32,020 bases of DNA from Octopus bimaculoides (GCF_001194135.2 NC_068990.1:41503209-41535228), one strand, 5' to 3'; counted from the stretch's first letter, positions 1 through 12,429 are shown. Notes: generated by a model from the letters alone, not told the origin. Program-made: numbers and translations.

Positions 1-96
1 TTTTTCTGCTTTGTTTTCGCTCCCCTCGAAAAGAAAAACTCTACATTTGTATGTTGTCCCCTCTATGTTGAGCCCTGTGTGGCTAATAAAGAAACA

Positions 97-188
<92 letters not shown>

Positions 189-206
189 CATCTATCTATC
201 TATCTA
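97..206. repeat. (TATC)n tetranucleotide microsatellite
   Basis: Near-perfect tatc run, directly visible; the source of the spurious IYLS ORFs. Confidence 0.98.
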
Positions 207-376
207 TGCCTGTGAATATCAATATAGATACAGGTGAGCGATAGGAGAGCAAGTGGGAAGAGGATAGAGGAGAGGAAGAGTGGTAGAGATGGAGAAGGGC
301 TGTGAGAAAGGGTAGTAGAAGAAGCAAACAGAGAATTATATATACAAAGTGTGAGAGAAAGAATGAGAGTGAGGGA

Positions 377-429
377 TAGATAGATAGATTGACAGACAGA
401 CAGACAGACAGACAGACACACACAGATAG

Positions 430-517
<88 letters not shown>
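377..517. repeat. (GATA)n/(GACA)n compound microsatellite
   Basis: Directly visible; reverse complement of the TATC tract about 170 bp upstream. Confidence 0.97.
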
Positions 518-518
<1 letters not shown>

Positions 519-954
519 GCAATCTCAGTCATCCTTCATAACTCGAATCTCGCTAACACACAGACACATTGTTGAACAGAGATAAGGACACAGACAGACA
601 GACATAAAACAGACAAACTCATCCTCCCATCGACTCTAAGTCAAAGGGTCGGAGCTGGAATTGTTTGGTGCTTTTCCAAAAGAGATCTTCATTAAACTGT
701 CCCGATTGATTGTTGTGTGTACGGCAAGGTTATATCTCAGTAGTTGTATCAAATGTTAATGTCCTAGCTTTCTGATTTACTCGGATGAAACGATCGCGTT
801 ACTAATTTGATGAATATTACTGATCCGGAAAGCTACGTTGCTGAAATTAATTGCTCAAACTCAATTAAGAATCGAATTAATTCGACTTTGGAACAAAGTC
901 ACAATTAATGGTAAATACTTTTGTAATATAGTCTTCATTGTACGATGGTTATAT

Positions 955-1150
955 TTATATGTATTTGTCTATGTATGTATGTGTATGTATGTATATATGT
1001 ATGTATGTGTGCATATAAGTATGTGTGTGTGTATGTGTGTACACACAGACATACAAAATCGAAATATATGCACAGACATATATATATGTCTGCACATATG
1101 AACGTGTATGTATATGTGTGCATATATATGTATATTTGTGTTTATATGTT

Positions 1151-1193
<43 letters not shown>

Positions 1194-1220
1194 CATACAT
1201 ACATACATATGTGTGTGTAC

Positions 1221-1273
<53 letters not shown>

Positions 1274-1500
1274 TGCAGACAGTCAGAGAAAGAGAGATTA
1301 ATACTTATAAGGGAATATACGTATGTATCGTTATATGACATTATTTTGTTATACGCATTTATGTACGTATGATGTATGCGCGACTACATACATACATGCA
1401 TACGCACGCGCGCGCACACACACACACACACACATATATATTTATTTATTTACACCATTCACACGTTTGTATATACATATATATATATNNNNNNNNNNAC
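955..1500. repeat. Mixed (TG/CA), (TA), (GA), (TATG), (GACA) microsatellite field
   Basis: Directly visible low-complexity dinucleotide and tetranucleotide runs. Confidence 0.9.
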
Positions 1501-2070
1501 ACATACATATACAAATATACACGCGCTTGTGCTCTATCTCACTCTCTCTATCACACCGCTCATGCAGAAACGCGCATGCATACATACAAACGTGCAATAA
1601 CACCCACTTAACCGGTGATGATTCAATGACTGACCATTTGAGAATCTTTAAGTGGGATGAAATAAGGATTAAATCCTTATAAATACTTAAGAATCGAACC
1701 TAATAATGATACAAAAGTGTTCATAATTGATTAAATGAAGTCACATCAGTTTCTCTCTACGATCAGTAATTGTCTTCCATCTTCTGTAAAATCTTTTACT
1801 GACTACAAACTCCTGTACTTTTCCGATTACAAACGTGAAAATCCGGTATTCGGTTAACCCCGCTTTAGCTTTATCGATATCTGTTTCTGTGTTAGTAAGG
1901 CATTTTGTTGCTTACTGTTTGAAATTCAGGTGTATCATCATACGCTGGCTAAAGAGTTACACACACGGATACATACACACGCAAACTCATATAGTCACAC
2001 ACACACTCACATTCACATCGCTAGCCACTACACATTCCTTTTTTTCTCACCGTGTTTCCCTCCGTGTTTC

Positions 2071-2127
2071 TCTCCTTGTTTCTTTCTGAGGAAGAGCGTA
2101 GGCTCGAAACGTTAAAGACAAGTGAGA
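2071..2127 (+). ncRNA. Minimal type I hammerhead ribozyme motif (Penelope-associated type)
   Basis: Order of elements: stem I 5' tcttt (2081-85); core CTGAGGA (2086-92); extra A; stem II gagc-gtag-gctc (2094-2105); GAAA (2106-09); palindromic ACGT in place of stem III; cleavage triplet GTT (2111-13); stem I 3' aaaga (2114-18). Stem I extends via cttg/caag and tctc/gaga. Confidence 0.75.
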
Positions 2128-2459
2128 CAGAGAAAGGCAGAAGCAAGAAAAATGCCGCTGTTACTTGAATACTATACAAATATGTCTTTAAAAGGACTTT
2201 TCTTTTAAATTTACCAAAATTTAATTTTTCAATAATTTTTTAAAAATCTATTATTCCTATTTACTGTTGGAAAGATCTCAAGGATCGATACCGGTTCTGT
2301 AATGTTCTTTATAAAAATATTTTAGCATTTTCTACTTTGTCTTTTCTCCATATATATCTACTCGTGTGTGTTCCTCTTCAACCTTTTACATATATATATT
2401 TATATATAATGATTGTGACTGTGCCTACGTGCGTGCGCGTGATTGTGCGCGTGTACGTG

Positions 2460-2509
<50 letters not shown>

Positions 2510-2597
2510 CGCGCCTGTGTTTACTGCAGCGACTGCTTCTGCTGCTGCTGCTGCTGCTACTACTACTACAACTACTACAACTACTACAACTACTACA

Positions 2598-2629
<32 letters not shown>

Positions 2630-2630
2630 A

Positions 2631-2683
<53 letters not shown>

Positions 2684-2742
2684 CACTACTACTACTACAA
2701 CCACCACCACCACCATCACCACCACCACCGCCGCCGCCGCTG

Positions 2743-2779
<37 letters not shown>

Positions 2780-2800
2780 ACACACACACGCACACGCACA
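2460..2800. repeat. (TG)n plus compound trinucleotide tract (CTG/CTA/CAA/CCA/CCG)n
   Basis: Directly visible; explains the poly-T/Y/L/V/S ORFs at 2337-3089. Confidence 0.96.
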
Positions 2801-3259
2801 CGCATACAGAAAAATGGAAACGATTACACAGACAGAGGAAATGTGTGTGTATGTGTGTGTGCTTAAATTCTATGTAGATGGATGGATGTACGCATTCACG
2901 ATCATGGCATGTAAGCATGTGTGCACATATGTTTGTAGTTTATGTATATGTAAATATATATATGCATTAATGTCTGAATGTATCTGTGTGCATAATTATG
3001 GGTATGTATATATCGGTACAAATATGTATATAAGTATTTGTTTTGTATTTACGCTTAAGAGAATATGGGAAAGTGAGTATATTGTATAGCTACATATATA
3101 TAACTAATTTTGATTGCACGTATGTCTAAGCTTACACACAAACACATATATATGTATATACATATACATACATCTTTTGTATGTTTATGAGTTAGTGTAT
3201 GTATGTCTCTGTCTGTCTCTCCACCTCTGTTTGTCTCTTTCTCTCTCACTCTCTCTCTT

Positions 3260-3620
<361 letters not shown>

Positions 3621-5049
3621 ATAGATATACCATGTGCATACGCATAAATGCATGCATAGACATATGTCCGTGTCTGTGCGCGTGTGATTGCATGTGTGTC
3701 TGTGTGCTTGTGTGCGCGCGCGTGTCGCATGTATGTGTGTACGTGTGTATACGTGTGTGTGCGTGTGTGTATATAAGTATGTGCAAAGGTGTACTTTGCG
3801 GATCTGAGTTCCTAATAAACTGTACTGTTATTAAGAAGAATTTCACAATAGCGAAACATAAACAACAGAAATGGTACAGGAGAAAATCGCCATTTAAGCT
3901 TCATAAACAGGCAATTTGTATGCGAGAATTGTATGATCGTGTAACGTTTTCAATCTGGGAGCGTAGTTGTGTGCATAAATCTTTATACCTGTATGTATTC
4001 TTCATAAATGCAAGTATGAACTAATGTATATATGTGTATAGATGCATATATGTATGCGTGTAAGTATATAGATACCTATATCTATATTTATATGTATGTA
4101 TGTATGTATGTATGTATCTATCTATCTATCTATCTATATATATATATAAATATATATATACATATATGTATATATGTATATATGATTATATACAGAGTGA
4201 GAGAGGGATACAGACATACATACATAAATACAGATATGTATATATACATATACACACATAGATAAACGGCGCACACGCACGTACAGACACGCACCTGTAC
4301 GCACACATACATATACACGTGGTATTACGTTTCTATTACTATGTATGTATGTATGTATGTATATATATATGTGTGTGTGTGTGTGTGTTGTATGTATGTA
4401 TGTATGTATGTAAGCATTGTGTAGGCATCTGAATGATTTGTTGCATATGTATGTATATTAATGTGAAGCATCTACGCATGTCAGTACGTGTAAATATATG
4501 CCAGTATTAGCGCATGTAAATGTGTTTATGTGGATGCATGTGTATATACATATATATGAATTAGTAGATATTTGTGCATATTATTGCATGTAGTTATGTC
4601 TTTGTTAGCGAAGAAGATTTGTATATAAGCATTTAAGTCTATGCATATATGGATGTATATGCATCGGAGTGTATGCATGTTAGACTATATCATTACATGT
4701 GGGTATATGATGACGTAACACTTCGAAAAGTGTATTTTAAATGTATATATCAATCCATTATTCAATTCATAAATGTATAACTCGCTACTCGTTTGTGGGT
4801 GTCTATGTGTTCGTTTCATCATGTAAACCGTTGAGAGCAAACACATTACAGTAGTCTTAATCACTCTTTTCTTCTTTCTAATCAAGGCGTACATTGTTTA
4901 CTTGTATCTGGCCTCTCCATCTGGCTAGTCGAGTAACCGCGTAAAGTATCTCCGCGTTTGCTCTTCTGTATGTCTACAGAATATGTAAGAACTTTGTGAC
5001 GAAATACAGATGTGTGTTAATATGTGAAACGATTCAATGTGTGTACCCG

Positions 5050-5858
5050 GCATTAGGCAGTCAGTTTTAGATTAGATGTTGACAGACTCAAAGTCAACAG
5101 TGTAAGCAAGATTTATTTCCAGCGAATTGGATCTGTGTCACCTGGGGCTGACTCTTTGTCTGATCTTGTGGGAATGTAGGACACCCTACTGTTGACAGCT
5201 AGGGAATGTATTGGTTTTCAAAATCGGGCCAGGAAACGTTTCTTTTCCAGGGAGACTCCTACAGTGGCCAAATGTAGTCTCAGGGCGTGACTGAGTGGAT
5301 CCCTGCTGATTTGTTTAGGGGATTAAAATCTGGGGCAGTCAGACCTCTGCGGTCCGACGAGGAAAAGTAAGTTAGAGATATTTGTGAAGAGGTCTAGTCA
5401 GCTTCACGCGTCAGACTACGTACTGTATGCAGAGAAATCGCTATGCTCCGATGGGTGAAACCTCCCTCTTGATAACCTGGCGTCCTAAACTCTGATGGTG
5501 CACTTCTGATAGAGAAGTCGAAGGTGATGACTCACTGGGCATCTTGTGATGTTGTATAAGGTGGACTTACCTATTACTAATCTGAATACTACGATGACTT
5601 CAGAGAGTCAGGTGTGATTTGCTATACGAAGACGAGGTTCGTACGACGGTAAATCGTTTGAAGGGTAGGAAGGCAGCCAGCGTTTGTGGCATCCGTGGAG
5701 AGGTGATCAAGAAAGATAGGCCTGATGCTGTATTGTTCTTGCGGCAGATCGTTTACTCAATCCGAAGCAGCGGCATCATACAACCTGACTAGAAAAGGGA
5801 TATGAAAATTCCACTCAGGAAAGGTAAAGGCAACCAGTTGGATAGTCTCGGAGGAGTT
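5050..5858 (+). mobile_element. Decayed RTE-clade non-LTR retrotransposon fragment (linker and start of reverse transcriptase)
   Basis: Manual translation across stops and frameshifts gives RLDVDRLK...TARECIG...RFFSRET...LRSDEEK*VRDICEEV...LNSDGALL...VMTHWA and DEVRTTVNRLKGRKAASVCGIRGEVIK...SGIIQPD*KRDMKIPLRKGKG. The last block matches the LINE RT N-terminal pattern EV..AI..LK.GKA.G..GI..E.LK...IP.DWK...I.P..KGKG, in RTE style. Confidence 0.85.
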
Positions 5859-5881
5859 AAAGTAACAAATTCACACACACA

Positions 5882-5913
<32 letters not shown>

Positions 5914-6765
5914 CACACAAAGGCGATCAGTTGGACAGTCTCGGAGGAGTTTATATACATTAATATATGCATACACACCCACACACATATATATACACAC
6001 ATGCACGCGGGCACACACACACGCACATATACATGATTACATAAGCTTCGGGCAAAAAACTTGTGGAATGCTATGCAATGCTGGTCCACAGTTATTCGCT
6101 TCCTGATGTCTCACACAAAGAAAATGCCGCTACTGCTGGATATGCATCAGCAATTTCATAGTGTCCGTAGAATTTATATAAACAGAGAAGTAATAGAAAA
6201 TGGAATGATCGACATTCTGTATGTAAAAATCATTACAATGGTTTCGACACATTTTTACACCCGTAGTACATAGGCGAAATGCTGTGTATTTATTATCATC
6301 CATCCAAGGTGTAAAAATGTACCTTCTCTGGTGATTGCTTACATAAGTCCTTTGTTAGATCCTAGCGTCATTTCACTCAGTTTAAGAATGCGTACCCAAA
6401 GTGATGTGTGATTTTCGACAGTTTAGAAACTAAACCAAATCCATAGACATAGTGACAGACAAAATAACAGGTAGATAGATAAACATATATAGCACTTTCT
6501 CTTCTCCACCTGTTGGTTATGTATAAATTTCGGCATGCTTTTCATTTCATCATTCTTCTTCATCATCCGTTACAAACTCACTTTTGTAAATTTATATGTA
6601 ACTTTTGCATACCTATGTAACTCACCTTGAGCTAACACTCCAAAGTTACTGTCACCGTTCCATAAATTAATTCTATGTAATGTATCGAGTCTTTTTGTTT
6701 CTATTTTGTCTTTCTACATAATCAAACCTTTAGTCTATAATATATATATATATATGATGTTATTA

Positions 6766-6927
6766 GGTACAGGAGTAGGTGCAAGGTAAGAAGTTTGCTT
6801 CCCGACCACATGGTTCCGGGTACACTCCAACTGCGTGGCACCTTGGTCAAATGTCTTCTACTATGGCCTCGAGTCGACCTAAGCTTTGTGAGTCGATTTG
6901 GTAGACGGACTCTGAAAGAAGCCCGTC
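6766..6927 (+). mobile_element. tRNA-derived SINE, family A (CORE-like; resembles octopus OR-type), 5' head and core
   Basis: tRNA-like head (ggtaagaagtttgcttcccgaccacatggttccgggtacactcc), CORE-like gcaccttggtcaaatgtcttc, then gaaagaagcccgtc running into (TA)n and a gap. The head matches the reverse-strand copy at 16355-16430. Confidence 0.85.
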
Positions 6928-6928
6928 A

Positions 6929-6967
<39 letters not shown>

Positions 6968-7392
6968 NNNNNNNNNNNNNNNNNNNNNNNNNNNNNNNNN
7001 NNNNNNNNNNNNNNNNNNNNNNNNNNNNNNNNNNNNNNNNNNNNNNNNNNNNNNNNNNNNNNNNNNNNNNNNNNNNNNNNNNNNNNNNNNNNNNNNNNNN
7101 NNNNNNNNNNNNNNNNNNNNNNNNNNNNNNNNNNNNNNNNNNNNNNNNNNNNNNNNNNNNNNNNNNNNNNNNNNNNNNNNNNNNNNNNNNNNNNNNNNNN
7201 NNNNNNNNNNNNNNNNNNNNNNNNNNNNNNNNNNNNNNNNNNNNNNNNNNNNNNNNNNNNNNNNNNNNNNNNNNNNNNNNNNNNNNNNNNNNNNNNNNNN
7301 NNNNNNNNNNNNNNNNNNNNNNNNNNNNNNNNNNNNNNNNNNNNNNNNNNNNNNNNNNNNNNNNNNNNNNNNNNNNNNNNNNNNNNNNNNNN

Positions 7393-7446
<54 letters not shown>

Positions 7447-7849
7447 TGTATGTATGTATATATATGTACACACACGCATGTATGCATACAAGCACATACA
7501 TGTATACATACATGTATATGTCTATTTGTGTTTGTATTAAATAGACGAACAAACATACAGAGAGAGATGGACAGCGGGAAGGCGAGAGAGGGCGGGAAAG
7601 TGGAAGGGAGAGAGAGACTGAAGCGGTAAGATAGAGAGATGGATAGAATTACGATGATAAAGCGTGAAAGAAAGATAGGTCCAGGAATTGAGGAGGACAT
7701 AGAGAGATGAAGGTGAGAGATAATGTGAACTGAAGAGGATAAAATATATAGAATAAAGATAATATGGTAGTAAGGGGAGATAATCGATGATAGATGAGGT
7801 GGTGAGGATTAGGGAAACGTAGAGATATACAAAGGTGGAGATAAATATA

Positions 7850-8274
7850 ATACATCATCGGTATCGTCTTTATCATCATTATTATCACCTAAACATCACC
7901 GTTATCTGCTATCATCATCATCTCATTATCTTCGTCATCCTCGTAGTCGTTGTCGTGGTCGTCCTCATCATCATCACCACCACCACCACTACTACTACCA
8001 CTACTATAACCACCATTATCATTACTATCATCATCATCATCTTCATCATCACCATCAGTAACATTGCTAACAACAACAACAACAACAACAACAAAAATGT
8101 GAGCGTGACCATCATCACGCTGCAAGAAATAATATGGGGAGCGGCTACAGGAACATTATTATGATAATCATCATCGTCGTCATAGTCGTTCTGGTCATCA
8201 TCCACCACCAGCATCGTCATCGTCGTCGTCGTCTTCGTCGTCGTCGTCATCATCATCATCATCATCATCGTCAC

Positions 8275-8308
<34 letters not shown>

Positions 8309-8320
8309 GTCATCATCATC

Positions 8321-8365
<45 letters not shown>

Positions 8366-8617
8366 GCCATCATCATCATCATCCATAACAACAACCAGCA
8401 TCAACAACAAAAGCAACGACGACGTGAGTAGCTTCAAGAATAGCAACAACACAAACACCACCACCACCACAACAACAACAATCGACCAATAACAACAACA
8501 TCAACGAAAAAAAGAAAAGAAGAAAGGCACTTCAATAACAACACGAACAAAAACGTGAAGAACTTCAAGAACAACAACAGCGACATCACCATCAATAACA
8601 ACAGCAACAACAACAGC

Positions 8618-8664
<47 letters not shown>

Positions 8665-8665
8665 C
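7850..8665. repeat. C/A-rich compound trinucleotide field (CAT/CAC/CGT/CAA)n
   Basis: Directly visible; produces poly-H/I/D/M/N ORFs. Confidence 0.95.
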
Positions 8666-8714
8666 GTGACAGAATGATCAAAGGTTTGTTTCTTGTCTCC
8701 AAACTGTACACTTT

Positions 8715-8749
8715 GTAGTTCCTGGGGAATTATGTTAACGACTTCCGGT
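8715..8749. promoter_or_regulatory. Candidate promoter motifs: ETS site and ZNF143/Staf-like site
   Basis: acttccggt (8741-49) = ACCGGAAGT on -. The minus strand aacataattccccaggaactaca is an imperfect ACTACAnnTCCCA-type motif. Motif match only. Confidence 0.25.
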
Positions 8750-8780
8750 CAGAGAGCCTTCAATTACACTACTAGACGGC

Positions 8781-9740
8781 GTTGTTGCCGTTGGTGATAG
8801 TGGTGATCGCGATGACGACGACGATGATGATGATGATGATGATGGTAGTGGTAGTGGTAGTGGTGGTGGTGGTAGTGTTGTTGGTGGTGGTGGTAGTGTT
8901 GTTGTTGGTGGTGGTGATGGTGGCGCTTGTGGGGAGATGGCTGTGATGACGTATTGGTTGGTGGTGTCCGCGATGAAGGCGATGGTTGAAGTGTACAGCG
9001 CTGATAAAGGTGCTGCCGGAGACGACGATGGTGGTGGTGGTGGTGGTGGTGGTGGTGGTGGGTAGTTGTGGCGACGATGAAGAAGCTAGAGACGGCAGCG
9101 GTAGCGAGACGCATGACTATGATCATGGTGATGATGGTGATGCGATGGTGGCCATAACGGTGATGGCGGAGACAGAGACGGGGTNNNNNNNNNNNNNNNN
9201 NNNNNNNNNNNNNNNNNNNNNNNNNNNNNNNNNNNNNNNNNNNNNNNNNNNNNNNNNNNNNNNNNNNNNNNNNNNNNNNNNNNNNNNNNNNNNNNNNNNN
9301 NNNNNNNNNNNNNNNNNNNNNNNNNNNNNNNNNNNNNNNNNNNNNNNNNNNNNNNNNNNNNNNNNNNNNNNNNNNNNNNNNNNNNNNNNNNNNNNNNNNN
9401 NNNNNNNNNNNNNNNNNNNNNNNNNNNNNNNNNCAGTAGTCTCAGTAATGGTGATGGTGGCTGTGGTGGTAGAAGATGTGGTGGAATTGGTGGTGTTGGT
9501 GGGGGATGTGGTGGTGGTATTAGTAATGACATCGGTGATAATGGAGTTGTGACGATAATGATGATTATAGTGGTGGTGGTGGTGGCGGTGGTGGTGGTGG
9601 TGATGTGGTGGTTGTGTTTGTATTGTAGTTGTTGATCCTGTTGTTATTGTTGTTATTATTGTTGCTATTGTTAATGTTGATATTGTATTTGTTGTAGTTC
9701 TTGTTGTTCTTGCTTTTGTTGTTGTTGGTGGTGGTGGTGA
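8781..9740. repeat. G/T-rich compound trinucleotide field (GAT/GGT/GTT)n, interrupted by gap 9185-9433
   Basis: Directly visible. Confidence 0.93.
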
Positions 9741-10270
9741 TGGGGATTGGTTAGTTTTGTTATTTCTGATGTTTTTGCCGCGTTACTTCAGTTATTTGGT
9801 TGTTTGTAACTCTTAGAATTCTTGGTCTGTGTCAGTTGAACTGTGTAGGCACATGAATGTGTCTATATCTGTGTGTGTGTATCTATAGGAATCTGTGTGT
9901 ATATCTATAGGAATCTGTGTGTGTGTGTGTGTGTGTGTGCGTGTGTGTATGTATATGTATGTGCGCGTGTTGTAACGCTATGCGTGTGTTTGTGATGGTT
10001 TGCGGCGAAGAGATGGGATGATAGACAATGATAGTGAAAGTCAAACGAGTCGATGATAATCAAAGGTAGTTTTGGTCAGCAGGGGGCAGAAAAGTCAGAG
10101 ACTTCCTGTTGCTATCACCAATTCACTTTATCTCTTCCGTTTGTCTTGCTATTTATTTATCTATCTCCTCAATTCCGTTGTTATTGCTCTTTAATCCCAG
10201 CAATGAGGCTTGGTCATTTCTTTGAAGACCAACCACTCGTACACCGTTGTTTGACACCTATTCCTTGAAT

Positions 10271-10287
10271 CAATGGCGGCCATCTTG
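10271..10287. promoter_or_regulatory. Overlapping inverted YY1-like motifs (caatggcggccatcttg)
   Basis: + strand AATGGCGGC; - strand CAAGATGGCCGC. ETS-like acttcctgt at 10101-09 and locally raised CpG nearby. Motif match only. Confidence 0.3.
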
Positions 10288-10454
10288 CGATAATCATCAA
10301 TAGACTGACTGGCTGGCTTTGCCGCAGCTTTATCATTGCAACTAAACGGTTATAGTGATCTCATAATTGAAATCCCCGCCTTAACTATAAACCGCGCTCT
10401 CGCTGCCAAACACCACCGACATGACATAACAAAAACAAACAGGAACAACAACAA

Positions 10455-10570
10455 TATGAAGAAGAAGAAGAAGAAGAAGAAGAGGAGGAGGAGGAGGAGG
10501 AGGGAGAAGAAGAAGAAGAAGAAGAAGAAGAAGAAGAAAAAGAAGAGGGGGAGGAGGAGGAGGAGGAGGT
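10455..10570. repeat. (GAA)n/(GGA)n purine tract
   Basis: Directly visible. Confidence 0.95.
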
Positions 10571-11402
10571 GCAATGAAGAATGTTAAACGCTCTCATGGT
10601 CAGTTAATAGGAATACTGCTAGAGGTTAAGAATTGCAATTGTTCGAGAACACAGAAGAACGTACAAGAACTCACGTACTCAACACCCACCCTCCTTAGAC
10701 AGACAAACACATACTCATTCACAGCTCTGCTCACTCNNNNNNNNNNNNNNNNNNNNNNNNNNNNNNNNNNNNNNNNNNNNNNNNNNNNNNNNNNNNNNNN
10801 NNNNNNNNNNNNNNNNNNNNNNNNNNNNNNNNNNNNNNNNNNNNNNNNNNNNNNNNNNNNNNNNNNNNNNNNNNNNNNNNNNNNNNNNNNNNNNNNNNNN
10901 NNNNNNNNNNNNNNNNNNNNNNNNNNNNNNNNNNNNNNNNNNNNNNNNNNNNNNNNNNNNNNNNNNNNNNNNNNNNNNNNNNNNNNNNNNNNNNNNNNNN
11001 NNNNNNNNNNNNNNNNNNNNNNNNNNNNNNNNNNNNNNNNNNNNNNNNNNNNNNNNNNNNNNNNNNNNNNNNNNNNNNNNNNNNNNNNNNNNNNNNNNNN
11101 NNNNNNNNNNNNNNNNNNNNNNNNNNNNNNNNNNNNNNNNNNNNNNNNNNNNNNNNNNNNNNNNNNNNNNNNNNNNNNNNNNNNNNNNNNNNNNNNNNNN
11201 NNNNNNNNNNNNNNNNNNNNNNNNNNNNNNNNNNNNNNNNNNNNNNNNNNNNNNNNNNNNNNNNNNNNNNNNNNNNNNNNNNNNNNNNNNNNNNNNNNNN
11301 NNNNNNNNNNNNNNNNNNNNNNNNNNNNNNNNNNNNNNNNNNNNNNNNNNNNNNNNNNNNNNNNNNNNNNNNNNNNNNNNNNNNNNNNNNNNNNNNNNNN
11401 NN

Positions 11403-11434
<32 letters not shown>

Positions 11435-12049
11435 AAACTCCATATTTATTGTTTTCTCCTTTGTTTCTTTACCTATCTTTCCCTTCCGCATCTACGCTAA
11501 TATAATCCAACACAGCTACTTACTCCCTCCGCAAAACAACAATCCATCTCAGTATTGAAGACATCCACATTAACAAACATATACATTAAAACAACGGAAT
11601 CCACTGCTAAAAATGGCCACCAGCCATGATCATGTCCCAATTAGCGATCTGGAATAAATAAATGGGAATACTGATGAGAAATTACGTGAAAGTAAAACCT
11701 GCTTATGAAACTTCGCCATTTCAATGAGTTTTTCCATTACATGCATTCGTTATTTTACCCGTCTGTGCATGACGTAACTTGAACGAAAGAGTTCGAGATT
11801 GACTTCTTGTTCCGTCACTTTAAAAACAAAAAAAAAACAAAAAAATACCCCCAAAGGTTATAACAGTTTTGACTCATTCTCAGTGTCGTCGTCATTGTCA
11901 TCGTCGTGGTCAGCATCATCTTCATCATCCCCCCGTTACTTGTAGTGCACCTGAGCACTGGATACAATAAGGCCATTATTATTACTATATGTCTATACAC
12001 TTTATATCTGCTTTTCTATCGTCACTCTGATCCGTCTTTCTTGTGGCAA

Positions 12050-12099
<50 letters not shown>

Positions 12100-12330
12100 C
12101 ATTATTATTATTATTCAATGTTAAATCTCTGAACGAGGTATTAACAGTAACTGCACGACAAGGTGAAGTATATTTGCCACTTAAATGCGGCTGACTCCTA
12201 AGGGTGGATGTTACTGTTGCTTTTATTATTATTATTATTAATAATAATTATTATTATTTTTATTATTATTATCATCATCATTATTATTATTGTTGTTGTT
12301 ATTATAATTATTATCATCATCATCATCGTC
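12050..12330. repeat. (TTA)n/(TCA)n trinucleotide tracts
   Basis: Runs at about 12050-12115 and 12220-12330. Confidence 0.9.
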
Positions 12331-12380
12331 TTCGTTCTCATCATACACACACGCATACACACACATACAAGGAGAGGAAC

Positions 12381-12415
<35 letters not shown>

Positions 12416-12429
12416 AAGAAAGAAAGATC

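Noticed and set aside
872-885. Perfect 14-bp palindrome tcgaattaattcga
   Set aside because: Isolated and AT-rich; expected occasionally by chance, with no supporting context.
1741-1911. About 56 stop-free codons on - (TKCLTNTETDIDKAKAGLTEYRIFTFVIGKVQEF...)
   Set aside because: Protein-like by eye, but no recognisable family, no start codon and no convincing splice sites.
6622-6680. Minus-strand donor CAAG|gtgagt with open segment INLWNGDSNFGVLAQ; similar minus-strand donors at about 13815 and 31387
   Set aside because: Weak or absent acceptors, inconsistent phases and no recognisable joined peptide.
11669-11712. CTGATGA...GAAA hammerhead-like core; also 14226-14245 and 21900-21935 (-)
   Set aside because: No proper stem II/GAAA spacing, or no stem I/III and NUH triplet, unlike the 2071 motif.
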